From: an uncultured Gemmatimonadales bacterium
Lineage (GTDB): Bacteria; Gemmatimonadota; Gemmatimonadetes; Gemmatimonadales; GWC2-71-9
DNA: 64,000 bases
NCBI GenBank assembly: GCA_963695555.1
Contig: CAVOGR010000007.1
Span: 640,001 to 704,000, forward strand
Direction: 5' to 3'
Of the stretch, positions 29,691 through 40,106 are shown in pieces (positions within the stretch are counted from its first letter, which is position 1; each line of letters opens with the position of its first letter). Under the pieces are notes generated by a model, which was given only the letters and a program-made list of their open reading frames with translations, was not told the DNA's origin and did not search any database. The translations under genes were made by a program, and so were the position numbers.

Positions 29691-30374
29691 ATGTCCCAGA
29701 TCGTTCGCCGGATGACGGCCGAAGCCGTGGGCACATTCGGAGTGGTGTTCATCGCCGCCTCCGCCATTGTCGCCGAGAAATTCCCCGCCGCCAACTACGG
29801 GCTTTTGGGAGTGGGAATCGCCTACGCCTTGGCCTATGCCATCATGGTCACGGCCACGATGAACATCTCTGGCGGGCACCTCAATCCGGCGGTCACGTTC
29901 GGCGTGTGGGTCAGCCGGCGTATTTCCGCGCGCGACGCGGGGCTGTATCTCGTGGCGCAGCTCGGCGGCGCTGTCCTCGCCGGGCTCCTGATGAAGCTGG
30001 TCTTTCCCGCGGGCGTGGCGCGCGTGGTGCTCTACGGAACCCCGGTCATCGCGAACCACATCACGATGGGAACCGCCATCACCCTGGAAGCGGTGCTGAC
30101 CTTTCTCTTGGTCTCGGCCGTGTTCGGCACGGCGGTATCGCCAGACGCGCCCAAGGTAGGCGGCTTCGCCATCGGGTTGGTGGTGCTCTTTGCGATGGTG
30201 GTCGGCGGGCCGTTTACCGGAGCGGCCCTCAATCCGGCACGGGCCTTCGGCCCCGCGGTGGTCAGCTCCGCATGGGTTGGGCAGATCGCGTATTGGGTGG
30301 GTCCGCTCTTGGGGGCGCTGGCCGCCGGGTTGCTCTGGAGCACGGTCCTCCTGCCCAAGCGCCCGGAGGGGTAA
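29691..30374 (+). CDS. MIP/aquaporin family channel
   Basis: SGGHLNPAVT and ALNPARAFGP. Confidence 0.92.
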   Translation: MSQIVRRMTAEAVGTFGVVFIAASAIVAEKFPAANYGLLGVGIAYALAYAIMVTATMNISGGHLNPAVTFGVWVSRRISARDAGLYLVAQLGGAVLAGLLMKLVFPAGVARVVLYGTPVIANHITMGTAITLEAVLTFLLVSAVFGTAVSPDAPKVGGFAIGLVVLFAMVVGGPFTGAALNPARAFGPAVVSSAWVGQIAYWVGPLLGALAAGLLWSTVLLPKRPEG

Positions 30375-30395
30375 CGGCCGAGGCCGGATCGAGGG

Positions 30396-30524
30396 CTAGT
30401 CGTCCTCGGATTTGAGCATCAGCCGCGCCCGGCGCCAGAGCGAAATCGTATATCCCACATAGACCACTACGGTGATCACGTAGGCTGCGATCATGTAGCC
30501 GGCGTTGTCGGGGGTGCTAGGCAT
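30396..30524 (-). CDS. ccmD: CcmD-like heme exporter protein D (42 aa, absent from the ORF track)
   Basis: Translated by hand: MPSTPDNAGYMIAAYVITVVVYVGYTISLWRRARLMLKSEDD; overlaps ccmC 3' end; one TM helix then basic residues. Confidence 0.72.
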   Translation of the reverse strand: MPSTPDNAGYMIAAYVITVVVYVGYTISLWRRARLMLKSEDD

Positions 30525-31221
30525 CGGTGCCCTCCCGCGCGCTCTGTGCGGCCACCGCGCGAGCCAGACCGTAGCGGGTGGTCACAAATCCGATATAGAG
30601 CAGGGTAAAGGTGGCCAACGCGTAGAGCAGGGTGGCCAGCATCGGGTCCGGCAGCGATGGTTTGCTCGGCTTGAGCAAGATCGGTGCGGGGTGGAGCGTG
30701 CGGAACAGATACACGCTCAGGTGGATAAACGGCACCAGGACGAGTCCGAGGATCCCCACAACCGCGCTGAATCGCGCCCGCTCCGAGGGATCGCTCAACG
30801 CGGCCCGCAGCGTCAGATAGCCAAGGAACAACAGGAAGATCATGAGCGTCAGGGTCAGCCGGGCGTCCCAGGTCCACCAGGTGCCCCACACCGGCTTGCC
30901 CCAAATGGGGCCCGTGGTAAGCATCACCAGGCTGAAAGCCAGGCCCACCTCGGCCGAGGATGCGGCGAAGAGGTCGAGCCGCGGGTCCTTGAGCCACAGG
31001 TAGAGTGCGCTCACGATGCCGACCAATGAGAACGCCATGAGCGCGGCCCAGGCGGCCGGCGCATGGACATAGAAGATCTTCTGGGCGGCCCCCTGCCGCA
31101 CCTCGATCGGCGTGTACATGAGGGCCCGCACGTACACGCCCGCAACCGCGATGAGGGCAATGGCGGTCAGGGCGAATCCCAGCCGGATGATCCGGCGGGC
31201 GCTGGCGAGTTCCGAGGTCAT
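30517..31221 (-). CDS. ccmC: Heme exporter protein CcmC
   Basis: IFYVHAP, WGKPVWGTWWTWDARLT (WWD domain), RTLHP. Confidence 0.92.
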   Translation of the reverse strand: MTSELASARRIIRLGFALTAIALIAVAGVYVRALMYTPIEVRQGAAQKIFYVHAPAAWAALMAFSLVGIVSALYLWLKDPRLDLFAASSAEVGLAFSLVMLTTGPIWGKPVWGTWWTWDARLTLTLMIFLLFLGYLTLRAALSDPSERARFSAVVGILGLVLVPFIHLSVYLFRTLHPAPILLKPSKPSLPDPMLATLLYALATFTLLYIGFVTTRYGLARAVAAQSAREGTDA

Positions 31222-31898
31222 TCGTCCACCAAAGCGGGGAATACCATCACACAGAGCGTCACAAACACCACATCGTACACGGCGAGTAACCTAAGCCACC
31301 CCAGCATTTCACTCAACGGACGCCCGCTGAGGAGCCGGGTCGTAACCTGGACCGCGCCGATCAGCGGGGGAACCATGAACGGGAGCAGGAGGACGGGAAG
31401 CATCAGCTCCGCAAACCGCGTCTTGACGACCATTGCGCTGAAGATGGTGCCCACCGCGACGAACCCGATGCTGGCCAGGGCCATGACGCCAAGCAGGCCG
31501 CCGAGGGAGTCCCAGATGTCGACATTGAAGAACAGGACGAAGAGCGGCAGCGTCACCAACTCCACCGCCGCGACAAACGCCAGGTTCGCCAGAAACTTGC
31601 CGACGTAGATCACCCCGCGCGATATCGGCGCCAGGAGCAGCCCGCTCATGCTGGCGTTCTCGCGCTCCAGATTGAATGCTCGGTTGAGCGCGATCACGGC
31701 CGCGAAGGCGATGGTGATCCACAGGACACTGGGCGCTAACACGGTGGACGAAACCAGGGACGCGTCGCGCGCAAAATTGAAGACCACCAGGACCAACGCG
31801 GCGAAAACCAGCGACGAGAGGAGCGCCGTCTTGCTGCGGAGCTCGATCCGCAGATCCTTGGCTGCGATCAACCCCGCGAGCCGAAGCCAGCTAACCAC
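31218..31898 (-). CDS. ccmB: Heme exporter protein CcmB
   Basis: KDLRIELRSK, LNRAFNLEREN, LLLPFMVP; lies between ccmA and ccmC. Confidence 0.9.
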   Translation of the reverse strand: MVSWLRLAGLIAAKDLRIELRSKTALLSSLVFAALVLVVFNFARDASLVSSTVLAPSVLWITIAFAAVIALNRAFNLERENASMSGLLLAPISRGVIYVGKFLANLAFVAAVELVTLPLFVLFFNVDIWDSLGGLLGVMALASIGFVAVGTIFSAMVVKTRFAELMLPVLLLPFMVPPLIGAVQVTTRLLSGRPLSEMLGWLRLLAVYDVVFVTLCVMVFPALVDE

Positions 31899-32730
31899 GC
31901 AACAGCTCCCCGTACCGCGGCAGGAAATCGGACAGCTCAGGTGGGCACGGCTCGTAAAGCGCCCAGCGACCACCCAACAACACCCCGATGTGAGTCGCCA
32001 GCTCCCACACTTCGGCCAGCTGGTGAGTCACCAGCACGATAGCCCGGCCGCGCTCTAGCTCTCCCGCCAACACCCCGCGGAACAACTCGGCACCCACCAC
32101 ATCGAGTCCCGTGAAAGGCTCATCGAGCAGCACGATGCTCGGATCGTGCAGCAGCGAGCGGGCGATGGCGACGCGCTGGACGGTGCCGCGGCTCAGCTGA
32201 CGCAGCGGATCGAGCGCCCTGCCCGAAACTTCCAGCGCCTCGAGCGCCGCAAGCGCCCGCGGCTTGGGATCGGACAGCCCATAGAGCCGGGCCGCAAACA
32301 TGAGATTCTCGAGCGGCGTCAGATCGTCGTAGAGCAGCGTCTGGTGGGACAGGAGACCAATGGGCCGGCGGGTCTCGGGCTCGTGCGAGCGCACCGGATT
32401 ACCCATGATCTCGACCGTACCCGCTGTCGGTCGCATGAGTCCGGCCAGAATACGCAGCAGGGTGCTCTTGCCCGCGCCGTTCGGCCCGAATACGACCAGG
32501 GCCTCGCCCTGGTGGATAGCCAGATCGAGGCCGCGGAGCACCCTCAGGCTCCCGAATGCCCGCTCGATTCCCTTCCCCTCCAACACCGGAAGGTCAGTGC
32601 CGCCCGACAACGGCGTCTCGGTCGCCGCGGATTGGGCCGGCAGGTCGGGAGTCAGTGACGATGATGGCAACTGGGATCCGTCGGTTGGGGCCGGCGGGGG
32701 GGGTCGTTCCGCGCAGGACGATGGAAGCAC
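31891..32730 (-). CDS. ccmA: Heme ABC exporter ATP-binding protein CcmA (start uncertain)
   Basis: [23 protein letters not shown]. Confidence 0.88.
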   Translation of the reverse strand: MLPSSCAERPPPPAPTDGSQLPSSSLTPDLPAQSAATETPLSGGTDLPVLEGKGIERAFGSLRVLRGLDLAIHQGEALVVFGPNGAGKSTLLRILAGLMRPTAGTVEIMGNPVRSHEPETRRPIGLLSHQTLLYDDLTPLENLMFAARLYGLSDPKPRALAALEALEVSGRALDPLRQLSRGTVQRVAIARSLLHDPSIVLLDEPFTGLDVVGAELFRGVLAGELERGRAIVLVTHQLAEVWELATHIGVLLGGRWALYEPCPPELSDFLPRYGELLRG

Positions 32731-32854
32731 AGGGCGGCACGGCGCGGCCCGCGTGTCGATGGCGGCCGGTCCCGGGCCTCGGATGAGGCGGGGAAACGGC
32801 TGGGCCAGAAGATACTCTGAGGGGTGTGAACTGAGAAGAGCACCGGCGCCAGGC

Positions 32855-33175
32855 TCAGGCCGGTTTCGTTCCCGAGACCTCGAACAGGTCGTCCAGCTTG
32901 GTGAGGGTCAGCAAGAACCTCAGCTCGTCGCTCGCGCCTTCGAGCGCAACGATCTGGCGATGCTCGGCCGCATGCCGCTGAATGAGCATGAGCGCGCCGA
33001 GCCCCGCGGAATCGACATGGGCCGTGGGCGCCAGGTCGATGACCAGACGCCCGCGACCCTCCGGCAGGGTGTCCAGCAGGTCGATCGCCGCGCGACGGAA
33101 TTCGTGGCGCGTGTCCAGCCCGAGAGTCTCCGGGGCGGCGATTCTGCGAGGCACGGCGTTGTTGCTACTACTCAA
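32855..33175 (-). CDS. STAS domain protein (anti-sigma factor antagonist)
   Basis: [29 protein letters not shown] 9 nt before TTG 33175. Confidence 0.85.
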   Translation of the reverse strand: MSSSNNAVPRRIAAPETLGLDTRHEFRRAAIDLLDTLPEGRGRLVIDLAPTAHVDSAGLGALMLIQRHAAEHRQIVALEGASDELRFLLTLTKLDDLFEVSGTKPA

Positions 33176-33243
33176 GCTCGAGGTCTCCTCCGAGGAATCA
33201 TTGGGCCAGGCCGACCGACTGGGCGAGGCTACCCCCGTGCAGG

Positions 33244-33258
33244 GCCAGAGCGGTGCCA
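33244..33258 (-). promoter_or_regulatory. Possible sigma54 promoter of the STAS gene
   Basis: Minus strand TGGCAC-CGCTC-TGGC (GG-N10-GC); IHF-like site at 33266-33290. Confidence 0.45.
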
Positions 33259-33439
33259 ATGCCCGAAACTACTTGTCCTACATGATGTTACAGTCATCGC
33301 TGACACCCAAATCCGGCTATTCTACCCCGCGAACCGCGGTGGGCTACGGGATTCTGCAAAGCACCTTCTTGCACACCGGGTGACCGCCCTCACAGGCTGC
33401 GACTTCACAAAGGCAACAACCGCGAGTAACATCTGCCGA

Positions 33440-35395
33440 ATGAACACACAAATCTCGACACTCCTATCGGAGCAGCGCCGCTTCACGCCACCGCCATCGT
33501 TCGCGGCCCAGGCAAACGCCACCGAGACGATATATGACGAGGCCGCCCAGGATCGTGAAGCTTACTGGGCCAACCAGGCCCGCACGCTCGATTGGATCGA
33601 GCCGTGGACCCAGGTGCTCGACTGGCAGCCGCCACATGCCCGTTGGTTCGTGGATGGCAAGCTGAATGCCGCCGTCAATTGCGTCGACCGCCACCTCACG
33701 GGACCGCGTCGGAACAAGGCCGCCCTCATCTGGGAGGGGGAGCCGGGTGACCGGCGGGTCCTGACGTACTGGGACTTGGCACGCCAAGTCAATCAGTGCG
33801 CCAATGCCCTGAAGAACCTGGGAGTCAAACGCGGCGACCGAGTCGCCATCTATCTCCCGATGATTCCTGAAGCCGCCATCGCAATGCTCGCGTGCGCCCG
33901 GATCGGCGCCGTTCACTCCGTGGTCTTCGGTGGCTTCTCCGCCGACTCGTTGCGCGACCGGATCATCGACGCCCAGGCTGTGGCCTTGATCACGGCCGAC
34001 GGCGGCTACCGCCGGGGGCAGGTGCTGCCGCTCAAACGGGTCGCCGACGAAGCGGTGGCCGATTGCCCGTCGATTCGCCACGTGGTGGTCGTACGACGCC
34101 GCCCCGGCGGCGCGGGCGACGAGGCCTGGGCCAACATGCAGGAAGGCCGCGATCACTGGTGGCATCGCATCGTTGACACCGCCGCCGCCACCTGCCCGCC
34201 CGAGCCGATGGACGCGGAGGATCTCCTGTTCATCCTGTACACCTCGGGCACGACGGGAAAGCCCAAGGGCATCGTCCACACCACCGGCGGATACCTCACC
34301 CAGGCCGTCGCCACGACGAAGTACGTCTTCGACTTGAAGGAAGACGACGTCTTCTGGTGCACCGCCGACGTGGGCTGGATCACCGGACACTCCTATATCG
34401 TGTACGGCCCGCTGGCCAACGGCGCAACGATCGTGATGTACGAAGGGGCTCCGGACTGGCCCGATCGCGATCGGCTATGGGAAATCGTGGAACGCTACGG
34501 CGTCACCATCTTCTACACCGCGCCCACGGCCATTCGCGCATTCATGAAGTGGGGGCCGAGCTTCCCCAGCCGCCGGAACCTCTCGACCCTGCGCCTCCTC
34601 GGCACCGTGGGAGAGCCGATCAATCCCGAGGCATGGATGTGGTACCACGAGCACATCGGCGCGGGACGCTGCCCCGTGGTGGACACGTGGTGGCAAACTG
34701 AGACGGGCGGCATCATGATCACCCCGCTGCCGGGAACCACCACGACGAAGCCGGGCTCCGCCACCATTCCCTTCCCGGGCATCACGGCTGAATTGGTGGA
34801 CGCCTCCGGCGAGCCGATGGATCGCGGCGGGGGCTTCCTGACCCTGACACAGCCATGGCCCGGGATGCTGCGCACCATCTACGGCGACGACGAGCGCTAC
34901 CGTGAGACGTACTGGAGCCGTTTCCCGGGACGGTACTTCGCCGGCGACGGCGCCAAGGTGGACGAGGACGGCTATTGGTGGATCCTGGGCCGGGTGGACG
35001 ACGTCTTGAACGTCGCCGGCCACCGCATCGGCACCATGGAGATCGAGAGCGCTCTGGTGGACTTCCCCGCCGTGGCGGAGGCTGCGGTGGTAGGCAAAGC
35101 CCACGAACTCAAAGGCCAGGCCATCGCGGCCTTCGTGACGCTAAAGGAGGGGTGCAAGCCGACCCTCGATCTCAAAGACGACCTCAAGGAGCACGTCGCG
35201 AAGAAGATCGGCGCGATCGCGCGCCCCGACGACATCATCTTTGCCGCCGATCTTCCCAAGACCCGGAGCGGTAAGATCATGCGCCGGTTGCTGCGCGACG
35301 TGGCCGAGGGACGGGCCTTGGGAGATACCACCACCCTGGCAGACCCGAAGGTCGTCAGTACGCTGCAGCAGAAATACGAGGCCGACGAGGGATAG
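33440..35395 (+). CDS. acs: Acetyl-CoA synthetase
   Basis: [34 protein letters not shown]. Confidence 0.96.
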   Translation: MNTQISTLLSEQRRFTPPPSFAAQANATETIYDEAAQDREAYWANQARTLDWIEPWTQVLDWQPPHARWFVDGKLNAAVNCVDRHLTGPRRNKAALIWEGEPGDRRVLTYWDLARQVNQCANALKNLGVKRGDRVAIYLPMIPEAAIAMLACARIGAVHSVVFGGFSADSLRDRIIDAQAVALITADGGYRRGQVLPLKRVADEAVADCPSIRHVVVVRRRPGGAGDEAWANMQEGRDHWWHRIVDTAAATCPPEPMDAEDLLFILYTSGTTGKPKGIVHTTGGYLTQAVATTKYVFDLKEDDVFWCTADVGWITGHSYIVYGPLANGATIVMYEGAPDWPDRDRLWEIVERYGVTIFYTAPTAIRAFMKWGPSFPSRRNLSTLRLLGTVGEPINPEAWMWYHEHIGAGRCPVVDTWWQTETGGIMITPLPGTTTTKPGSATIPFPGITAELVDASGEPMDRGGGFLTLTQPWPGMLRTIYGDDERYRETYWSRFPGRYFAGDGAKVDEDGYWWILGRVDDVLNVAGHRIGTMEIESALVDFPAVAEAAVVGKAHELKGQAIAAFVTLKEGCKPTLDLKDDLKEHVAKKIGAIARPDDIIFAADLPKTRSGKIMRRLLRDVAEGRALGDTTTLADPKVVSTLQQKYEADEG

Positions 35396-35416
35396 GCCGG
35401 CTCGGAGCCGAGTGCT

Positions 35417-37300
35417 CTACAGTCGCACCTGCGCGCCCAGCTCGACCACGCGATTGGGTGGGATCCCGAAGAACGCCGTGGCGCTCTGCGCGTTCCGGGA
35501 CATCACGATGAAGAGGACCTTCCGCCACAGGGCGAACTTGCTGGTGCCCGAGCGCAGGAGCGTTTCCCGCCCCAGGTAGTAGGTCGTTTCCATCGGCTTG
35601 ACCATGAAGCCCACGTCTTTGAGTTGCTCCAGGATCGCCGGCACGTCGGGCGTCTCCATGAACCCATAGCGCGCGACCACCTGGAAGAACCCCTCCCCCA
35701 GTTCCTCGAATTCCCAGCGCTCCTCGGCGGGCACCGTGGGGAACTCCTCCGACGCGACGGAGAACATCACCACCCGCTCGTGGAGCACCTTGTTGTGTTT
35801 GAGATGGTGGAGCAGCACCGACGGAGCGCCGCCGGGGTCCGGGGTCATGAACACGGCCACCCCGGGCACGCGCTGCGGCTTCCGTTCCTTGATGTCGTGC
35901 AGGAACAGCTCCATCGGCAGCGTGGACTGCCGCTTGATCCCCGCCAGGATGGCCCGGCCCCGCTTCCACGTGGTCATCACGGTGAAGACCAGGGCGGCGA
36001 CGAGGAGCGGAAACCAGCCGCCATCGGGAATCTTGATCAAGTTGGCAAACAGAAACGAGAGATCCACCGCGAGGATCGGCACGGCCACCAGCGCAACTTT
36101 CAGCCAGCTCCAATGCCACCGTTCCCGCGCGACCGCGCTAAACAGCAGCGTCGTGACGGTCATCGTCCCGGTGATGGCCACACCGTACGTACCCGCCAGG
36201 TTCGACGCGGACCGGAACCCGAGCACCAACCCGAAGCACGCGAAGCCGATGAGCCAGTTGACCTCGGGGATGTAGATCTGACCGGCTTCCGTATGCGAAG
36301 TGTGGATGATGGTGACCCGAGGCGTGTAGCCCAACTGGAGTGCCTGCCGGGTGAGGGAGAACGAGCCGGAAATGAGCGCCTGCGAGGCAACGACCGCGGC
36401 GCCGGTGGCAATGACGACCATGGGATAGAGCGCCCAGGACGGGACCAACTCGTAGAATGGGTTCCGGATCGCCTCAGGATTGCTGATCAGGAGCCCGCCC
36501 TGGCCGAAGTAGTTCAACACCAACGCAGGCAAGACAACTGCGAGCCACGCGAGCCGGATGGGTCGCTTGCCGAAGTGCCCCATGTCGGCATACAGGGCCT
36601 CGCCACCGGTGACCACCAGCACCACGACGGCCAGAATGAAGATGCCCTGAAAGCCGTGACGGGCGAAGAAGGCGACGGCGTGATACGGATTCACCGCTTG
36701 GATGACGCTGGGCTCCCGCAGAATGCCGGACACCCCGAGCGCGGCGATGCAGGAGAACCAGACGAGGGTGAACGGCCCAAAGATGGCCCCGACGCCGGCG
36801 GTGCCCCACTTTTGAACCCAAAACAGCGCGAACAGAATCACCAAGGAGAGCGGCACAATCAACGGCTCGAATGCGGGCGTCGCGATGCTGAGGCCCTCGA
36901 CCGCGCCTAGGACCGAGATCGCGGGCGTGATGACCCCATCACCATACAGGAGGGCGGACCCGAAGAGGCCGATCCCGACCAGGAGCAACCGGCGTTTGGT
37001 AGTTGCCCGGGCTGGCCTGAGCAGGGTGAGTAGGGCGAGTACCCCGCCTTCGCCGCGGTTGTCGGCCCGCATCATCAGCGAGAGGTACTTGTAGGTAATG
37101 AGGAAATTGAGCGACCAAAATATCAGCGACAGCACGCCGAGCACGTTGTCTTTGGAGAGCGGGACGCCAAGCGGGCCATCAAACGCTTCCTTCATGGCGT
37201 AGAGCGGGCTGGTCCCGATGTCGCCGTACACCACCCCGACCGCTCCGATGGCGAGGGCTGCCAGGGCTTTCCCGCTGGGAGGCTTACCGTCCAGGGTCAT
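35417..37300 (-). CDS. kup: Potassium transporter Kup
   Basis: GVVYGDIGTSPLYA, GGEALYADMGHFG, RVVELGAQV. Confidence 0.96.
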   Translation of the reverse strand: MTLDGKPPSGKALAALAIGAVGVVYGDIGTSPLYAMKEAFDGPLGVPLSKDNVLGVLSLIFWSLNFLITYKYLSLMMRADNRGEGGVLALLTLLRPARATTKRRLLLVGIGLFGSALLYGDGVITPAISVLGAVEGLSIATPAFEPLIVPLSLVILFALFWVQKWGTAGVGAIFGPFTLVWFSCIAALGVSGILREPSVIQAVNPYHAVAFFARHGFQGIFILAVVVLVVTGGEALYADMGHFGKRPIRLAWLAVVLPALVLNYFGQGGLLISNPEAIRNPFYELVPSWALYPMVVIATGAAVVASQALISGSFSLTRQALQLGYTPRVTIIHTSHTEAGQIYIPEVNWLIGFACFGLVLGFRSASNLAGTYGVAITGTMTVTTLLFSAVARERWHWSWLKVALVAVPILAVDLSFLFANLIKIPDGGWFPLLVAALVFTVMTTWKRGRAILAGIKRQSTLPMELFLHDIKERKPQRVPGVAVFMTPDPGGAPSVLLHHLKHNKVLHERVVMFSVASEEFPTVPAEERWEFEELGEGFFQVVARYGFMETPDVPAILEQLKDVGFMVKPMETTYYLGRETLLRSGTSKFALWRKVLFIVMSRNAQSATAFFGIPPNRVVELGAQVRL

Positions 37301-37312
37301 CGGCCGTCGACC

Positions 37313-37756
37313 TCAGGCCGCGCCTGGCGCGGCCTGCCGAGAGAATCGGCGCCGGTCGAGGACAGCCACCACGACCACGGCAGCAACGATCACCGCCGAC
37401 GCCACGCACCACCGGCAGATGGCGTGGATGATGAACAGCTCGAGATAGGTGAGATAGATGGCGAACAGGAGCCCCACGCCTGATGCCGCGATCAGCATCG
37501 CACTGACGCCGCGGCTCTCGCTCCACCGTGGTTGGAGTCCGGCCAGAGATAGGACGAGCAGCGCAGCATAGCCCGCCAGTCCGATCAGCGCCACGTCGAC
37601 GCCGAAGAACGTGCTCCAGCGGCTGAGCTGAACTGTCTCACATCCCCCGGCGCCGCACGCCAGGCTGCCGATCTTTCCGAGTTTGTACAGGTACAGGTAG
37701 GCCGAGACGAACACTCCGCTCAAGCTGAGGAGTGCCGCGGCCATCCGGTATTTCAC
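37313..37756 (-). CDS. Vitamin K epoxide reductase family protein
   Basis: Loop pair ACGAGGC and active-site CRWC; GTGA overlap with dsbA. Confidence 0.88.
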   Translation of the reverse strand: MKYRMAAALLSLSGVFVSAYLYLYKLGKIGSLACGAGGCETVQLSRWSTFFGVDVALIGLAGYAALLVLSLAGLQPRWSESRGVSAMLIAASGVGLLFAIYLTYLELFIIHAICRWCVASAVIVAAVVVVAVLDRRRFSRQAAPGAA

Positions 37757-38418
37757 GGCGCCGTTGGTGGTGAGAGGCTGTCGACGAGAACCTTCAGGCG
37801 ATCGTAGGACACCGCGGCCGCCGTGGCCGGCCGGCCGTTCACGAAGAACGTCGGCGTCGAATTCACGCCAAGCCTGACACCGCTCTCCACGCTCGCCTGG
37901 ATCCGGCCGGCATACTTGGCCGAACGCATGCAGTCATCATACGCCCCCATGTCCAATCCGAGGCGCTCGGCGTAGGAGCGGAATTCCTTGGCCGCATTCC
38001 TGGCTTCCGACCACTCGGCCTGGCCCTCGAAGACGGCGTGATGTTGCTCCCAATAGCGGCCCTGGTCATCGGCGCAGGCGGTGGAGTGCGCCGCGGTGTG
38101 CGCGGCCGGGTGCTGCTCCAGGGGGAAATCCCGAAAGCGCCAACGAACCTGCCCACCGTCGATCAGGCGCTCCTTGACCGTGGGGAACTGGATCAGCGCG
38201 AAGCCCTGGCAATAGGGACATTGGTAGTCCGAGTATTCGATGACCTCCACCGGGGCCGATGGAGAGCCGAGGACGTAGCCGACAAAGCCGGCGGTATCGG
38301 CGGGGGCGACAACGATGTTGGCGGGAATGCCGACCTCGGCCGGACGCCGCACCATGTACACCAGAATGCCGGCTCCGACGATCGCGGCCGCGCCCAGCAC
38401 CAGGTAGAAATTCCTCAT
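37753..38418 (-). CDS. DsbA family thiol:disulfide oxidoreductase
   Basis: EYSDYQCPYC, FPL..H, GVNSTPTFFVNG; N-terminal membrane anchor. Confidence 0.9.
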   Translation of the reverse strand: MRNFYLVLGAAAIVGAGILVYMVRRPAEVGIPANIVVAPADTAGFVGYVLGSPSAPVEVIEYSDYQCPYCQGFALIQFPTVKERLIDGGQVRWRFRDFPLEQHPAAHTAAHSTACADDQGRYWEQHHAVFEGQAEWSEARNAAKEFRSYAERLGLDMGAYDDCMRSAKYAGRIQASVESGVRLGVNSTPTFFVNGRPATAAAVSYDRLKVLVDSLSPPTAP

Positions 38419-38723
38419 TCCGACTCCTTTCGCCGCCACGGTTTGTCGTCATCGTGGTCGTCGTCAAGCGGCGCGGCCTCTGCCCGACGAGCCTCCTCCA
38501 CGATCCGGCGGCTCTCGGCCAGTTCCGGCGTGTCATAGGTCGACCGGACTTCGTAATGGAATAGCTCGCTCCGCGCCTCGCCAAAAAGCCGCATCAACTC
38601 AGGCACGCCGGTCAGCAGCCGTCCTTCCCGGTCCAATCGCTGGATCCGGTCTGCGATGCGTCGTAGGAGATCGACCAACCGGTTTCGCCGGTCCTCTCCA
38701 TAGGTCTCGTCGTGGTTCGTCAT
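38415..38723 (-). CDS. Hypothetical helical protein (102 aa)
   Basis: GAGGTGA upstream; ATGA overlap with dsbA. Confidence 0.65.
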   Translation of the reverse strand: MTNHDETYGEDRRNRLVDLLRRIADRIQRLDREGRLLTGVPELMRLFGEARSELFHYEVRSTYDTPELAESRRIVEEARRAEAAPLDDDHDDDKPWRRKESE

Positions 38724-38818
38724 CCGTCGCGCGTCTCACCTCCACTGCGCGCCGGAGAACCCGGCGGCAGGCGGTCAAATCTAATGGACTCGCGCCCATC
38801 ACAAAGCGGCGGCCTCGA

Positions 38819-38847
38819 TTGCACCAATCGGCCGGCACCTCTATATT
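38819..38847 (+). promoter_or_regulatory. Sigma70-type promoter
   Basis: TTGCAC-17 nt-TATATT upstream of 38905. Confidence 0.55.
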
Positions 38848-38904
38848 CTCAGCGCGGCTATCAGTAGTCCGTGAAACGAGTTACCCAGTTGCCAAGGACG
38901 GTGC

Positions 38905-39177
38905 ATGACCAACAAGACGTCTGAGTCGTTTTCGCCGACGCCGGCTTCGTTCGACCACGCTCGCGATGAACTGTACAGCCACATCCTGCGGTGCGGTGTG
39001 TTGGAGGCCACGGAAGAGCATCGGAAAGAGTGGTTCGACGACACCATTCAGTATCTCGCCGAACGCTACGAGGAACTCACCGACGAGCAGGTGCACATGC
39101 TCCGCACGTTGGGCGAGCGCTATTGCCAGCCTGTGGTGCAGCGTAACGAGGCTACAGTCGGGTCCCCAAACGACTGA
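38905..39177 (+). CDS. Hypothetical protein (90 aa)
   Basis: AAGGA RBS, own promoter, protein-like composition. Confidence 0.7.
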   Translation: MTNKTSESFSPTPASFDHARDELYSHILRCGVLEATEEHRKEWFDDTIQYLAERYEELTDEQVHMLRTLGERYCQPVVQRNEATVGSPND

Positions 39178-39231
39178 ACGCGACGCGCGTCGTGTCGATT
39201 GAGCACACCTGAGGCCTGCGCCGTTGTCGGC

Positions 39232-39696
39232 TCAGCCACCCGGCACATACTGCCCCCGGACGCGACGCCACCGGTAGCTCGCCGATAGTCTGAGCCCGCC
39301 CCCTACACCCACCTCCAACGCCCAGCCAGATCCCGCACCCGGTCGCGCTTCGAGCCCCAGAATCAGTACCACGAACCCCTCCGTTTCGGGCCCGCCGGTG
39401 ACGGCGATTCCGCCACCCCCGTAGGCCCCGACTCCGCGCCGCGCACGCGGCGTGAGCAGGAACTGCCAGAGCAACTCGCCGCGCCACGCAAAGGCATCGT
39501 CCGACACGCCCGCACCGACGAGGGCCGCGACCCGGACCCGGGATGACGGCCGCACGGCACCGTAGAGCCCGCCCACCCACACCGCCGGATCGGCCGCGAG
39601 CAGGGTCGCGTGGATCCCGACCTCTGTGACGCGTTGCGCGTGAAGGGCGGGCGCCTGGCCCGCTCCGAGCAGCGCGACGACGACGCTACGCCACAA
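39232..39696 (-). CDS. Hypothetical exported protein, possible small beta-barrel
   Basis: Signal-like N-terminus ending LHA-Q, alternating Gly/aromatic strands, late YRW; start uncertain. Confidence 0.5.
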   Translation of the reverse strand: MWRSVVVALLGAGQAPALHAQRVTEVGIHATLLAADPAVWVGGLYGAVRPSSRVRVAALVGAGVSDDAFAWRGELLWQFLLTPRARRGVGAYGGGGIAVTGGPETEGFVVLILGLEARPGAGSGWALEVGVGGGLRLSASYRWRRVRGQYVPGG

Positions 39697-40096
39697 CCAC
39701 GCGCGACGCAATCGCGATATCCGGCGCGAGGGAATGCACGACGGAGCAGTACTTCTCCAAGGACAACGTGACGGCTCGCTCGGCCTTGGCCTGGTCCAAC
39801 CCGTCACCCGCCATGTGATATACCAAGGTCACCGCCGTGTAGCGTCGGGGTTCCTCCTCCCTCCGAGTCCCTTCCACTTCGACCCGGAGCGACTGAAGCG
39901 TCACCCGCATCTTGGTCAGGATGAGCACGATGTCCGCGCTGCTGCAGGACGCAACCGCCAGCAGCAGCAGCAACATGGGGCCCGGCGCCTCCGCATTCTC
40001 GCCATCGATCGCGACCCAGGGGCGCCCAGGTTCCCCACCTTCGAAGCGCAGATCGCCTCGCCACTCCAACGCCACGTGTTTCACCGAAGGCTTCAC
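39686..40096 (-). CDS. OsmC family protein
   Basis: PMLLLL..ASCS, SLEKYCSV. Confidence 0.88.
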   Translation of the reverse strand: MKPSVKHVALEWRGDLRFEGGEPGRPWVAIDGENAEAPGPMLLLLLAVASCSSADIVLILTKMRVTLQSLRVEVEGTRREEEPRRYTAVTLVYHMAGDGLDQAKAERAVTLSLEKYCSVVHSLAPDIAIASRVVVA

Positions 40097-40106
40097 CGCA
40101 TCCTCG

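Noticed and set aside
32360..33439. 360-aa N-terminal extension of acs
   Set aside because: Overlaps ccmA and STAS on the other strand; Acs homology starts at 33440
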